Of a stretch of DNA of 64,000 nucleotides, positions 1-8,191 are shown piece after piece (the stretch's first letter is position 1; each line of letters starts with the position of its first letter). Source of the stretch: an uncultured virus (IMG/VR IMGVR_UViG_3300023175_000022) (Duplodnaviria > Heunggongvirae > Uroviricota > Caudoviricetes); the IMG/VR virus record IMGVR_UViG_3300023175_000022; one strand, written 5' to 3'. The position numbers were made by a program, and so were the translations under genes. The notes beneath the pieces are model-generated. The model had not been told where the DNA came from. It made no database searches and saw only the letters and a list, made by a program, of their open reading frames with translations.

Positions 1-89
1 CAACAGCAGAACCAGAGACAACTACAACTACGTCATTTGATGACGATGATGAGTCACTGGATTTCTTTAGGAAGCTTGCTAACGAATAA
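1..89 (+). CDS. gp32: ssDNA-binding protein, C-terminal fragment (partial)
   Basis: Frame from nt 3 reads TAEPETTTTTSFDDDDESLDFFRKLANE*, matching the acidic DDDDxLxxFxxLAxE tail of T4-like gp32. It converges on the baseplate block, as in related phages. Confidence 0.75.
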   Translation, partial: TAEPETTTTTSFDDDDESLDFFRKLANE

Positions 90-103
90 GCTTGGGAAGC
101 TTA

Positions 104-165
104 GGGTCGTAGATCTTCAAAAGCGCGAGTCATGATGTAGCGCGCGGGTCTACGACCCCTTTTTT
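104..165 (+). terminator. Intrinsic, probably bidirectional, terminator between convergent genes
   Basis: GGGTCGTAGA (104-113) pairs with TCTACGACCC (149-158), with an inner GCGCG/CGCGC stem and a T run at 160-165. Confidence 0.8.
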
Positions 166-2299
166 ATGTCCTAGATTCTTTGCCTAAAAATGGATCAATA
201 GATCTAAATGTTGGTGTAGCTGAATCTAATTGAGATCTACCACTCGAGCCGGTAGGTGTAGAAACTAATGGATCCTTTTTAATTCTATTCATTACAATAG
301 GTATAATTTTGGCCGCTTCATCACCAACAGAATCTTGAACTATATCAGTAATTTTTGTTTCTATATTGCCTACGGCATCGAGAATAGGCGGAGTAATTTC
401 ACTTGTCAATATTGATTCGATATCTCCCTCAAGTATTGCAGGCATATTTTTTACAATAGTTTCTATAGGTACACCTTCAACTTCTTCAGGCAATATGTCA
501 ATAATTTCTGAAGGCACATCACCTGCAACTAGTTGTTGCATCATATCAGGTGTTAAAAATTGGCCTTCTTGAGCGCTCATCAAACTCGTTGCAAATGATT
601 TTATTTCTTCGACTGCACCTGTTTCTTTTTCTTTTTTCTTTCTATTAATAATATTAGTTGTAACAAAGTTATCGATGCTTTCTAAACCCTTATCACCTAC
701 AACGTCAAGTAAAGCTTCATCGAGTGTTCTGCCATACATCGTCTCATAATCATCTTCTAATTTCCATAAAGCTTGTTGTGTATCGATATCTTTAAATGCT
801 GCGATTATTTCTTTAGGTTCTTCGGCTAAATCAAACATCCCTTCGCCCAACAAATCACCGAGCAACGCTGCTCCTCTCTTGTTACCAAATTTCTCATTCA
901 TTTCTTGATCTGAAGCAACGTCTTCTATTGATTCATTACCCATCATATATTCTACGGCTTCACCAATTTTTTCATCTATTTGTGTATTATCAGCAATCAT
1001 ATTACCAACACCTACACCCAGCGCCGCGGCGCCAAGACCTGCGCCGGCTATAGCAAGTACAGGCGCCATGGCCGCGGCACCCGCAGTGGTTGCTACTACA
1101 GCGCCCGCAGTAGCAATTAATCCCGCTGTTCCTAATGATCCGGCGATCAAATCATCTTCAAAATATTTTTCATATCCTTCTATACCAGCTTCTAATGTGT
1201 CTAATAGATCTGATTCTTCTTTAATTTCTGTTTCTTCTTCAGCTTCAGCGGCATCCATTTGATCGATATTATCCATTTGTGCTTCGATCATATCACCCAT
1301 TTCTTCATCATATACAGGTTCGGCCGCTTCTTCGACTGTCGGATCTGGTGTGACCATATCTACGATGTCATCAGCAAACATAGCTAATCCGCCTAGAGTT
1401 GCGGCTTTTAAAGCTCTTGTTGCAGTTGCTAACATGCCAACACCCACCATGGCAGCACCAGCTTGCGCAGATGTTTTCAAAAATCCTGCTTTAGTTGGTT
1501 TATTTTTATTTTCTACATCTTCTTCATCGCGTCTTCTTTCATTATCTCTTTTTGTCTGAATGTTCAGACCTATCGCTTCTTTCAATGCATCTTTGATTGC
1601 TACTAAATTTTTATTTTGTAAATCGAGTCGCAAACTAATAGCATTCATATCATTGCGCATTGTATCTACAATATCAAACAATATTCCAATTTCTGCAATT
1701 TTTGTTGGTATCATTGTACCTGCAGCGATGAACGGATAGCCTCCTTCTTCGTCAATCTGAATATCTTCAATAATTTCTATTGTAGCAAGGGTACTTGCTT
1801 TTTCTTCATTATCTTCTAATTTTATTTGTGAAGCAGAAGTCATTAAAGCATTTAATGCTGCAGCAAATTGAGTAATATTAATAGTAGGATCTTCTTTATG
1901 ACTAACAGATTCTTGAGGGATTGGAGCTCCAACAATAGTACCGCTAGCTCCATCGGGAGATGATTCAGAACCTTGACCACCGCCTAACATAGACCCTAAG
2001 CCGCCTAATATACTAACACCGCCCAGTGTCTTTGCAATTTTAGATTTAAAACCTGATGCTTTTGTCTGTATTTGTTGTTTTTTGGCGGCTGCTTTTTCTT
2101 TTCTGGCCGCTCGGAGTTCAGCTGCGCGCTTATCTCTATCAGCTTGTTCTTTTTTAGTACGATTGTTTTTGCGATCTGCAGGTTTAGCTGCCGCATCTTT
2201 CTTCGGTTTTGGCTTTTTAGCAGGTTTTTTCTTTTTCAATTTTCTAGCTAATTGAATAAGTTTTTTGGCGCCGCCAGTAATTAAACTTGCTTTACCCAT
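164..2299 (-). CDS. Putative tail tape-measure/baseplate hub protein (gp29-like position)
   Basis: 711 aa, helical, with Gly/Ala-rich hydrophobic segments and a Lys-rich N-terminus. Lies directly downstream of gp26/gp51. Assigned mainly by synteny. Confidence 0.5.
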   Translation of the reverse strand: MGKASLITGGAKKLIQLARKLKKKKPAKKPKPKKDAAAKPADRKNNRTKKEQADRDKRAAELRAARKEKAAAKKQQIQTKASGFKSKIAKTLGGVSILGGLGSMLGGGQGSESSPDGASGTIVGAPIPQESVSHKEDPTINITQFAAALNALMTSASQIKLEDNEEKASTLATIEIIEDIQIDEEGGYPFIAAGTMIPTKIAEIGILFDIVDTMRNDMNAISLRLDLQNKNLVAIKDALKEAIGLNIQTKRDNERRRDEEDVENKNKPTKAGFLKTSAQAGAAMVGVGMLATATRALKAATLGGLAMFADDIVDMVTPDPTVEEAAEPVYDEEMGDMIEAQMDNIDQMDAAEAEEETEIKEESDLLDTLEAGIEGYEKYFEDDLIAGSLGTAGLIATAGAVVATTAGAAAMAPVLAIAGAGLGAAALGVGVGNMIADNTQIDEKIGEAVEYMMGNESIEDVASDQEMNEKFGNKRGAALLGDLLGEGMFDLAEEPKEIIAAFKDIDTQQALWKLEDDYETMYGRTLDEALLDVVGDKGLESIDNFVTTNIINRKKKEKETGAVEEIKSFATSLMSAQEGQFLTPDMMQQLVAGDVPSEIIDILPEEVEGVPIETIVKNMPAILEGDIESILTSEITPPILDAVGNIETKITDIVQDSVGDEAAKIIPIVMNRIKKDPLVSTPTGSSGRSQLDSATPTFRSIDPFLGKESRT

Positions 2300-2301
2300 T
2301 A

Positions 2302-2490
2302 TTACACCTGATCTGATAATTCATTTTTATTTTTCATCTTTTGTATTTTTTCTTTTATAAAATCTAAATGTAAATCTCTTTCAAATGGAATCATGTTTTC
2401 GACTTCAGTTGTTGAATAATTATGATACTGAGTTATATTAAAAGTCAGTTTGTAGTGCGAATACAAATCTATATAACTCAGTCCAACATA
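2302..2490 (-). CDS. gp51: gp51-like baseplate hub assembly chaperone frame (no ATG before the conserved motif; TTG at 2466 or -1 frameshift from gp26)
   Basis: Not in the ORF track. Translates YVGLSYIDLYSHYKLTFNITQYHNYSTTEVENMIPFERDLHLDFIKEKIQKMKNKNELSDQV*, containing the QYHxYSxxExENMIPFERD motif of gp51-like proteins. Confidence 0.8.
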   Translation of the reverse strand, partial: YVGLSYIDLYSHYKLTFNITQYHNYSTTEVENMIPFERDLHLDFIKEKIQKMKNKNELSDQV

Positions 2491-3191
2491 AAAAAATCGT
2501 TTAAATTCCTAAAAACTGTTTTCTTGTCTTTACCGTTACTATTAGTATAGTATACTGTATGCTCGATCTTCGGCAATTGTTGGAAGAATTTTGCAATTTT
2601 AGCATATGATTCTACAGGCAATGCTTCGAGAAATTCGTCTTTTGTTCTTTGATCTTCTAAATCCCAAGCATATGTTTCTTCTTCATCAAAAACATATTCG
2701 ATGCAATGTTTTACTAACTCGTATGTAATATCGCTTAACGAAGACAGATTATTGATTCTCTCAGAAATTTTAGGAGTTGGATATTTCATTACCAAACCTG
2801 TTACATCATCCAACATCACAGTTTTAGATATTTCTCCATCTGGATATTTAATTTCTACTTCGTTTAGATCAACTTCTAAATCATACTCGATGCCATCATC
2901 GCTATCAACTACTTTAAATTTGACAATATTACCAACTGAGACAGCCCGTATTTTAATAAACAAATATTCTAAATCAAATGTAGAACATTTATCGATATCG
3001 AAGTCTTCTGACACAACACAATTATTAATTACTTGTTTGATTGCGTTGTAGACTTCGTTTGTTTCTCCTGTTTCTTTCGATACTAAAAGAATTTTTTCTT
3101 CTTTGACAAGAAAGGGACGATAAAACAGTTTCTCTCCGGTCGAAGGTAAAGAAATTTCAAAGGATGGAGTTTGAATTTTAGGTAGTGCCAT
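2478..3191 (-). CDS. gp26: Baseplate hub assembly protein
   Basis: MALPKIQTP..LPSTG...YRPFLVKEEKILL, FDLEYLFIKIRAVSVG and C-terminal LNDFF are characteristic of gp26. Confidence 0.9.
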   Translation of the reverse strand: MALPKIQTPSFEISLPSTGEKLFYRPFLVKEEKILLVSKETGETNEVYNAIKQVINNCVVSEDFDIDKCSTFDLEYLFIKIRAVSVGNIVKFKVVDSDDGIEYDLEVDLNEVEIKYPDGEISKTVMLDDVTGLVMKYPTPKISERINNLSSLSDITYELVKHCIEYVFDEEETYAWDLEDQRTKDEFLEALPVESYAKIAKFFQQLPKIEHTVYYTNSNGKDKKTVFRNLNDFFMLD

Positions 3192-3209
3192 ATTATAACC
3201 TTTTGTTTA

Positions 3210-3743
3210 TCAATTAATTGAAAATTTGGTATAACGATAGCTAACATTGACTTTAGCTAATTCGTCATATGAACCCCAAGAAAAATTGATGGGTTCGACA
3301 GAAGTAGGAAACACCTCTTCGAGATGATATGTTTTGACAGGCGCTTGACTGTTTCTATTATGAATCATAATCATCATATCAAATACATAATCTTTATAGA
3401 ATAAAGCGCCCATTTTTGCATTAGCTTGACCGGGTGCGCCGAAATCGATTATCTTATCGCCCCAATCTTTAAATTGTTTAAGTAATTCACCTTGATCATC
3501 AACAGTATGCACGACTTGTATTTCTTGAGGATTATATCGATATGGTATATTGTACATTTTACCATTACCATACGGCGAGAAATTATCAACTGAAAGCCAC
3601 GCTAAACCTGGTGTTGTGACTGATTCAGCTCGCAAAACAACTTCTCTCCCATTTAGCGGAGTGCCAGTTAAAACAACTTGATACAAAGTGGCGGGCAAAC
3701 TATCTTTGACTGTGCTGCGCCAAGAATCTACATTGAATGACAT
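3210..3743 (-). CDS. Tail-tube family protein (gp54/gp19-like tube initiator)
   Basis: Tube-fold motifs: AESVTTPG, and C-terminal EEVFPTSVEPINFSWGSYDELAKVNVSYRY. Confidence 0.7.
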   Translation of the reverse strand: MSFNVDSWRSTVKDSLPATLYQVVLTGTPLNGREVVLRAESVTTPGLAWLSVDNFSPYGNGKMYNIPYRYNPQEIQVVHTVDDQGELLKQFKDWGDKIIDFGAPGQANAKMGALFYKDYVFDMMIMIHNRNSQAPVKTYHLEEVFPTSVEPINFSWGSYDELAKVNVSYRYTKFSIN

Positions 3744-3744
3744 T

Positions 3745-4347
3745 TTATCTTCTCTGAATTAATTGCTTAGAGTCTTTCCATACGACATTCTGTTTTGATT
3801 TTTTAAATCTTTGTGTGGGTAGCATTAATGCTATATCCCATTCCTCGTATGGAATCCAAAGAAACCGTGATCTTACTTGTGAATTAAGATAACGTTTGAC
3901 AGTAGGCCTAAAGTATTTATATTTTGCTGCATTATTTAATAAACTATAGTTTAATCGTAATTTTTTTGATTCACGTATATTATCTTGTCTTTCAATACTG
4001 TATAATCTATCCATTAAACGAGCTCTGAAAATGGGTGGCAAATAATGCAAATTCATGCCGAGAAATCCATCAGTATATTTCTCTAAAACAAAAATCAGAG
4101 GAAACATATCATAATACGGTAGTTTTTCTTTATGTTTAGGATCATAGAAAAACATATACATTCGACCAACATCGAGTGCCACCATTTTATTATAAGTTCT
4201 AGCTCTGTTTCTTAGCTCGCGACGAGTATTTACATTGCGTACAGCAGAAGCAGTATCTCTGTACCAATCTCTTGCCTCTTCTGAACCTGGTTCAAAGCCT
4301 TCGGCTTTCCCATCATTTGCAATTTTCTGAAAGATATATGTGGCCAT
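3745..4347 (-). CDS. gp2: DNA end protector protein
   Basis: GRMYMFFYDPKHKEKLPYYDMFPL and GFLGMNLHYLP motifs. Confidence 0.93.
   Translation of the reverse strand: MATYIFQKIANDGKAEGFEPGSEEARDWYRDTASAVRNVNTRRELRNRARTYNKMVALDVGRMYMFFYDPKHKEKLPYYDMFPLIFVLEKYTDGFLGMNLHYLPPIFRARLMDRLYSIERQDNIRESKKLRLNYSLLNNAAKYKYFRPTVKRYLNSQVRSRFLWIPYEEWDIALMLPTQRFKKSKQNVVWKDSKQLIQRR
3914..3921 (-). promoter_or_regulatory. T4-type late promoter box
   Basis: TATTTATA on + (TATAAATA on -) inside gp2, upstream of the tube-like/gp26 genes. Confidence 0.5.
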
Positions 4348-4793
4348 TAGAATTTAATGCCTAGTTCTTTTTCGGTGAGTATCATGAATTCCCAGCCTTG
4401 TTTCTTACAAAACTTTTCAGCTGCGACCCATTTAGATTTATTTATTCCCCATGTCCGCACTTCATATAAATACTTCTTAGTGAGCTTCTTTTGCGGAGTT
4501 GGCTCTACGGTTTCGTGTCTTGGTTTTATTTCCACTACGACCGTATCAAGTTTGCCTTCGCGATTGACTTTCTTTAACCAGAAGTCTGGAAAATATCTGT
4601 GCATTCTACCATCTATTGGTGATCTATAAGGAATGATTAACTCTTCACTAGCCCATTCTTTTACACTCGGATGATCATCAAGATACTTCATGAAGACTAA
4701 TTCCCAGCGACTTCTATAAATAATATTGGTAGGATCACCGCGATACTTTCGAGGATTTTTTGGTTTAAAAGTTCCTTTATAAGTTTTAGCCAT
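4347..4793 (-). CDS. gp4: Head completion nuclease (TnsA-like)
   Basis: YKGTFKPKNPRKYRGDPTNIIYRSRWE, WASEE, HRYFPDF and VEIKP motifs. Start set at ATG 4793 (MAKTYKG). Confidence 0.93.
   Translation of the reverse strand: MAKTYKGTFKPKNPRKYRGDPTNIIYRSRWELVFMKYLDDHPSVKEWASEELIIPYRSPIDGRMHRYFPDFWLKKVNREGKLDTVVVEIKPRHETVEPTPQKKLTKKYLYEVRTWGINKSKWVAAEKFCKKQGWEFMILTEKELGIKF
4465..4472 (+). promoter_or_regulatory. T4-type late promoter box
   Basis: TATAAATA antisense within gp4, about 340 nt upstream of gp48. Confidence 0.45.
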
Positions 4794-4815
4794 ACATTTA
4801 TATATAGGAAACCAC

Positions 4816-6045
4816 ATGGCAATTGACAAAACTTCACTAAATTCTATTGGACCATTAGCTGGTCAATTAAAAAGCAATCTTTCTTCTATAGAAAAAACTC
4901 AAATGGCCGCTGTAAAAAATATCGGTTCATCTCTGACGTCAAATCCTGGCGTTATCAATGGAGATGTTAGCGGGACTATTTCACGCGCCACAAATAGTCA
5001 AAAATCGATGTTAGAGTTAGGTACTACATTAGCCGCCAAATTAAATGGTGCCGGCGCTATACCAAAAACATCGAGCGATGCATTGATACCAGCTGTTGTC
5101 AATTCTGTTCAAGAAAAAACTAAATTACCTGGTTTGTTTCCTAAAAACCCGGTTGATATGAATATTGCTAGCAACCGAGTACCTGATCCATATAAGACAA
5201 GTCCGCAAGAAAGAATAAAGAAAAAGAAAGAACGATTATTAGGTAGAGAAGATTACCGTTATGATGGTTTAGATTATCCGCCAGATTTAAAACAAAATGC
5301 AGCAGCGCATCTCGAACTTCAGTTCCATCGTTATGAGCGCCCTTCACCCACAGAATCCGGAAAAACAGCACTCGATGAGACTGTTAGATTACCGATACCT
5401 GAAGCTTTTAATGTATCACACGGCATTAGATATGAAGAAAGAGATACCGGTGTGTTGGGTGAAATGGCTCAGACAACCGCTGGTCAAAGTCTTGCAGCTG
5501 GCATGAGATCGATGAGAGATGGTAAAGAAGTAGATGCAGGACAATTGATATCGAGTATGGGGGAAAATTTCAAAGAAGATGCAGCTAATGTATTAAAAAG
5601 CGCAGCATTTTTAAAATTAGTTGATTCAGAACCAGTTTTGGGCGGTATTGCTGGTCAAATGGCTGGTACTATACCAAATCCTCATCCTTCTGTATTTTTT
5701 AAAGGTTTAGATTTACGAGAATTTGATTGGAGCTGGAAATTTGTACCGAGATCTGCCGAAGAAGCCGCTGTATTAGATAAAGTTTTAAGATATATCAAAG
5801 AAAAAATATTGCCAGTAAATGCCAATACATTTATTGATTATCCACATTTAGTACAGCCTGTAGTAATGCCAGAAGACGGACTATGGGGTAAATTTAAAAA
5901 ATGTGCAGTAAAAAACTTTAGTATAAACTTTTCCGACGAAGGTACTTCTGCATTTTTTCAAAATGGGAAACCCGTTTCTATTAGATGTAATATGAGAATA
6001 CAAGAAGTAGAAATGTTTGTATCTAGAACTGAGGGTGGATCATGA
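4816..6045 (+). CDS. gp48: Baseplate tail tube cap
   Basis: LDYPPDL, NPHPSVFFKGLDLREFDWSWKFVPRSAEEA and C-terminal GKPVSIRCNMRIQEVE. Confidence 0.85.
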   Translation: MAIDKTSLNSIGPLAGQLKSNLSSIEKTQMAAVKNIGSSLTSNPGVINGDVSGTISRATNSQKSMLELGTTLAAKLNGAGAIPKTSSDALIPAVVNSVQEKTKLPGLFPKNPVDMNIASNRVPDPYKTSPQERIKKKKERLLGREDYRYDGLDYPPDLKQNAAAHLELQFHRYERPSPTESGKTALDETVRLPIPEAFNVSHGIRYEERDTGVLGEMAQTTAGQSLAAGMRSMRDGKEVDAGQLISSMGENFKEDAANVLKSAAFLKLVDSEPVLGGIAGQMAGTIPNPHPSVFFKGLDLREFDWSWKFVPRSAEEAAVLDKVLRYIKEKILPVNANTFIDYPHLVQPVVMPEDGLWGKFKKCAVKNFSINFSDEGTSAFFQNGKPVSIRCNMRIQEVEMFVSRTEGGS

Positions 6046-6905
6046 GTATTCGTCATCAATATTTTAGAAAATTTCCGTTGATTGCATATAATGGTGAACC
6101 AGCTGTCAATATTTTAAGACGAGTAGATTTTAATAATAAAGTAAAAGATTTTTACACGGCTTTCTATGAGACCGAAATAAAAGATGGCGAAAGAATAGAA
6201 ACAATAGCTTATGATTATTATGATGATGTTGATTTAGATTGGTTAATATATCATACAAATGATATCATAGATCCATATCATGATGTTCCGCTCGAAGATT
6301 CAGTTTTTCTACAACACATTAAAAATAAGTATGGATCTATAGAAAAAGCCCAAGCAAAAACTTTTGTATATCGTAATAATTACCGCGGTGATATTTCTGT
6401 ATTATCGTATGATGGATATAATGCTTTGCCTACAAATCACAAAAAATATTATGATCCAGTCAGCAATGTGTCAGGCGTAAGAGGTTATCAGCGCAAAAAA
6501 GAAGAAATGTATGCTTCTACAAATATGAATATTTCTTATTCATTTAGTTCAGAAGTTGCAAATACTTTTGATATTGATGAGCTAGTCAGATTTTCAGATA
6601 GTGTAGCGACTGTTTCAGCTGCAAATACTTCTGCAGTTATATTAAAACATGTTTCAGGTGATTGGAGTACAATGACAACCAATTTTGATGTGACTGGTGA
6701 TGATTCAAAACAAACAATAAATTTTGATCATAGTACATATACTCTTTTACAAAATGTAATCCCAGCTGATGAACAAGTATATTTTTCTCCATATAGTTAT
6801 TTTGATTTAGAATTAGAAAAAAACGAATTAAAGAGAAATATATACTTAGTTGATGATTCATATACAGTTACTCTTAACGATCAACTCGATAATTTGATGA
6901 AATAA
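6042..6905 (+). CDS. gp53: Baseplate wedge subunit
   Basis: YFRKFP..Y, GERIETIAYDYYDD..LDWLI...NDIIDP and C-terminal E...NE.KR.I; follows gp48. Confidence 0.85.
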   Translation: MSIRHQYFRKFPLIAYNGEPAVNILRRVDFNNKVKDFYTAFYETEIKDGERIETIAYDYYDDVDLDWLIYHTNDIIDPYHDVPLEDSVFLQHIKNKYGSIEKAQAKTFVYRNNYRGDISVLSYDGYNALPTNHKKYYDPVSNVSGVRGYQRKKEEMYASTNMNISYSFSSEVANTFDIDELVRFSDSVATVSAANTSAVILKHVSGDWSTMTTNFDVTGDDSKQTINFDHSTYTLLQNVIPADEQVYFSPYSYFDLELEKNELKRNIYLVDDSYTVTLNDQLDNLMK

Positions 6906-6906
6906 T

Positions 6907-8187
6907 ATGGCTAGACAAGCAAATGATGCCGGCGACATTATCATTGTAGGTGATAAGATTGAGCTGACAAAATTTAATGGATCAAAACCAATGAACATTC
7001 ATAATATTGTTCAGAGGTTTGATATTTTTGAATCTTTAGATAATCATACAGTGACTGCTGATTTTTATATCGGTGAAGGCATTGATTTAGTCAACGAGTA
7101 TCCGCTCGGTGGTGAAGAACTGATATCAGTAAAATTGCAAACACCTAATAGAAAAACTATTTCATACGATTTTTTTATAGAAAGTGTAGTCGCGATGCGA
7201 GCCAATGATCAATCGAATATGCGATATTATATTTTGCGCTGTACTACAAAAGACTTTCTAAAAAATAGTTTTAAAGTTTATACGAAAAGATACAAAGATA
7301 TGTTGTATCATGATGCTTTATTTAATTGTATTAAGAACGATTTAAATGCAGAAGTAGATTTAAAAACTATAGAGAATACAAAAGGCAAATTTGATTACGT
7401 TGTCAATAATGTCAGACCATTTCAAGTAGTAGATATTATTAAAGAAAGAGCAGTATCAGCTGAACAAAATAAATCATCGCTCTTTGTTTTTTATCAAGAC
7501 AATGAAGGCTATCATTTTCAAACAATAGAAAAACTAATTAAAGACAGAAAACCTCAAGCTTCAGAAAAAAACTTTGTTTTAGATACAGTGAATAGAGTAG
7601 CCGATTATGGAACTGATATAAACTTTAGAAATATTTTATCGTATGAAACAATATCACAAGGTTCATCGATAGGCAAAGTAATGAAAGGAGCTATGAGAAA
7701 TCAAATTCGTCAATTTGATATACATCGTGGCACATATTATTTAAAAGAAGAATACAATAATCCTGTTGATCATACAAAATTTGCCAAAACAGATGATCCA
7801 AATGATTTTAATAGTTCAGATTATAATAATTTTACTACCGTGCGTCCGGGCCTGACACGAATGTCTGTAAAAGATGGTACACGAGAAGAAATGGAACATA
7901 ATAAAAATATACATTTTCAACGGGCTTTTCGTGAAAGAATGTTTCAATATTCTATACGATTTAGAACATATGGTGATACAAATATGAGAGTTGGTGATAT
8001 TGTTAATCTTGATTTACCAATTATAGCTGGTACGACTGAAAGTAGACCACGAGGTAAAATCTTTGTATCTAATTATATCGTAACTAATTTAAAGCATCGT
8101 TTAGAAAAACAACATGACGGCAGATTTAATCATTTTTTGGTAATGGAAGCTGCTAAACCAAATCAGTTTAATCAGCCTTTGGGATAA
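6907..8187 (+). CDS. Baseplate hub protein (gp27-like)
   Basis: IFESL, PLGGEE, FVFYQDNEGYHFQTIE, GDTNMRVGDIV and YIVTNLKH motifs; sits immediately before gp5. Confidence 0.7.
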   Translation: MARQANDAGDIIIVGDKIELTKFNGSKPMNIHNIVQRFDIFESLDNHTVTADFYIGEGIDLVNEYPLGGEELISVKLQTPNRKTISYDFFIESVVAMRANDQSNMRYYILRCTTKDFLKNSFKVYTKRYKDMLYHDALFNCIKNDLNAEVDLKTIENTKGKFDYVVNNVRPFQVVDIIKERAVSAEQNKSSLFVFYQDNEGYHFQTIEKLIKDRKPQASEKNFVLDTVNRVADYGTDINFRNILSYETISQGSSIGKVMKGAMRNQIRQFDIHRGTYYLKEEYNNPVDHTKFAKTDDPNDFNSSDYNNFTTVRPGLTRMSVKDGTREEMEHNKNIHFQRAFRERMFQYSIRFRTYGDTNMRVGDIVNLDLPIIAGTTESRPRGKIFVSNYIVTNLKHRLEKQHDGRFNHFLVMEAAKPNQFNQPLG

Positions 8188-8191
8188 TGAG

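Noticed and set aside
4347..4793. TnsA-like fold read as a transposase
   Set aside because: It is the conserved head-completion gp4 in its normal context next to gp2.
4794..4829. Longer gp4 start at 4829 from the ORF track
   Set aside because: It overlaps the divergent gp48 start, and a TATAAAT-like box lies just upstream of ATG 4793.
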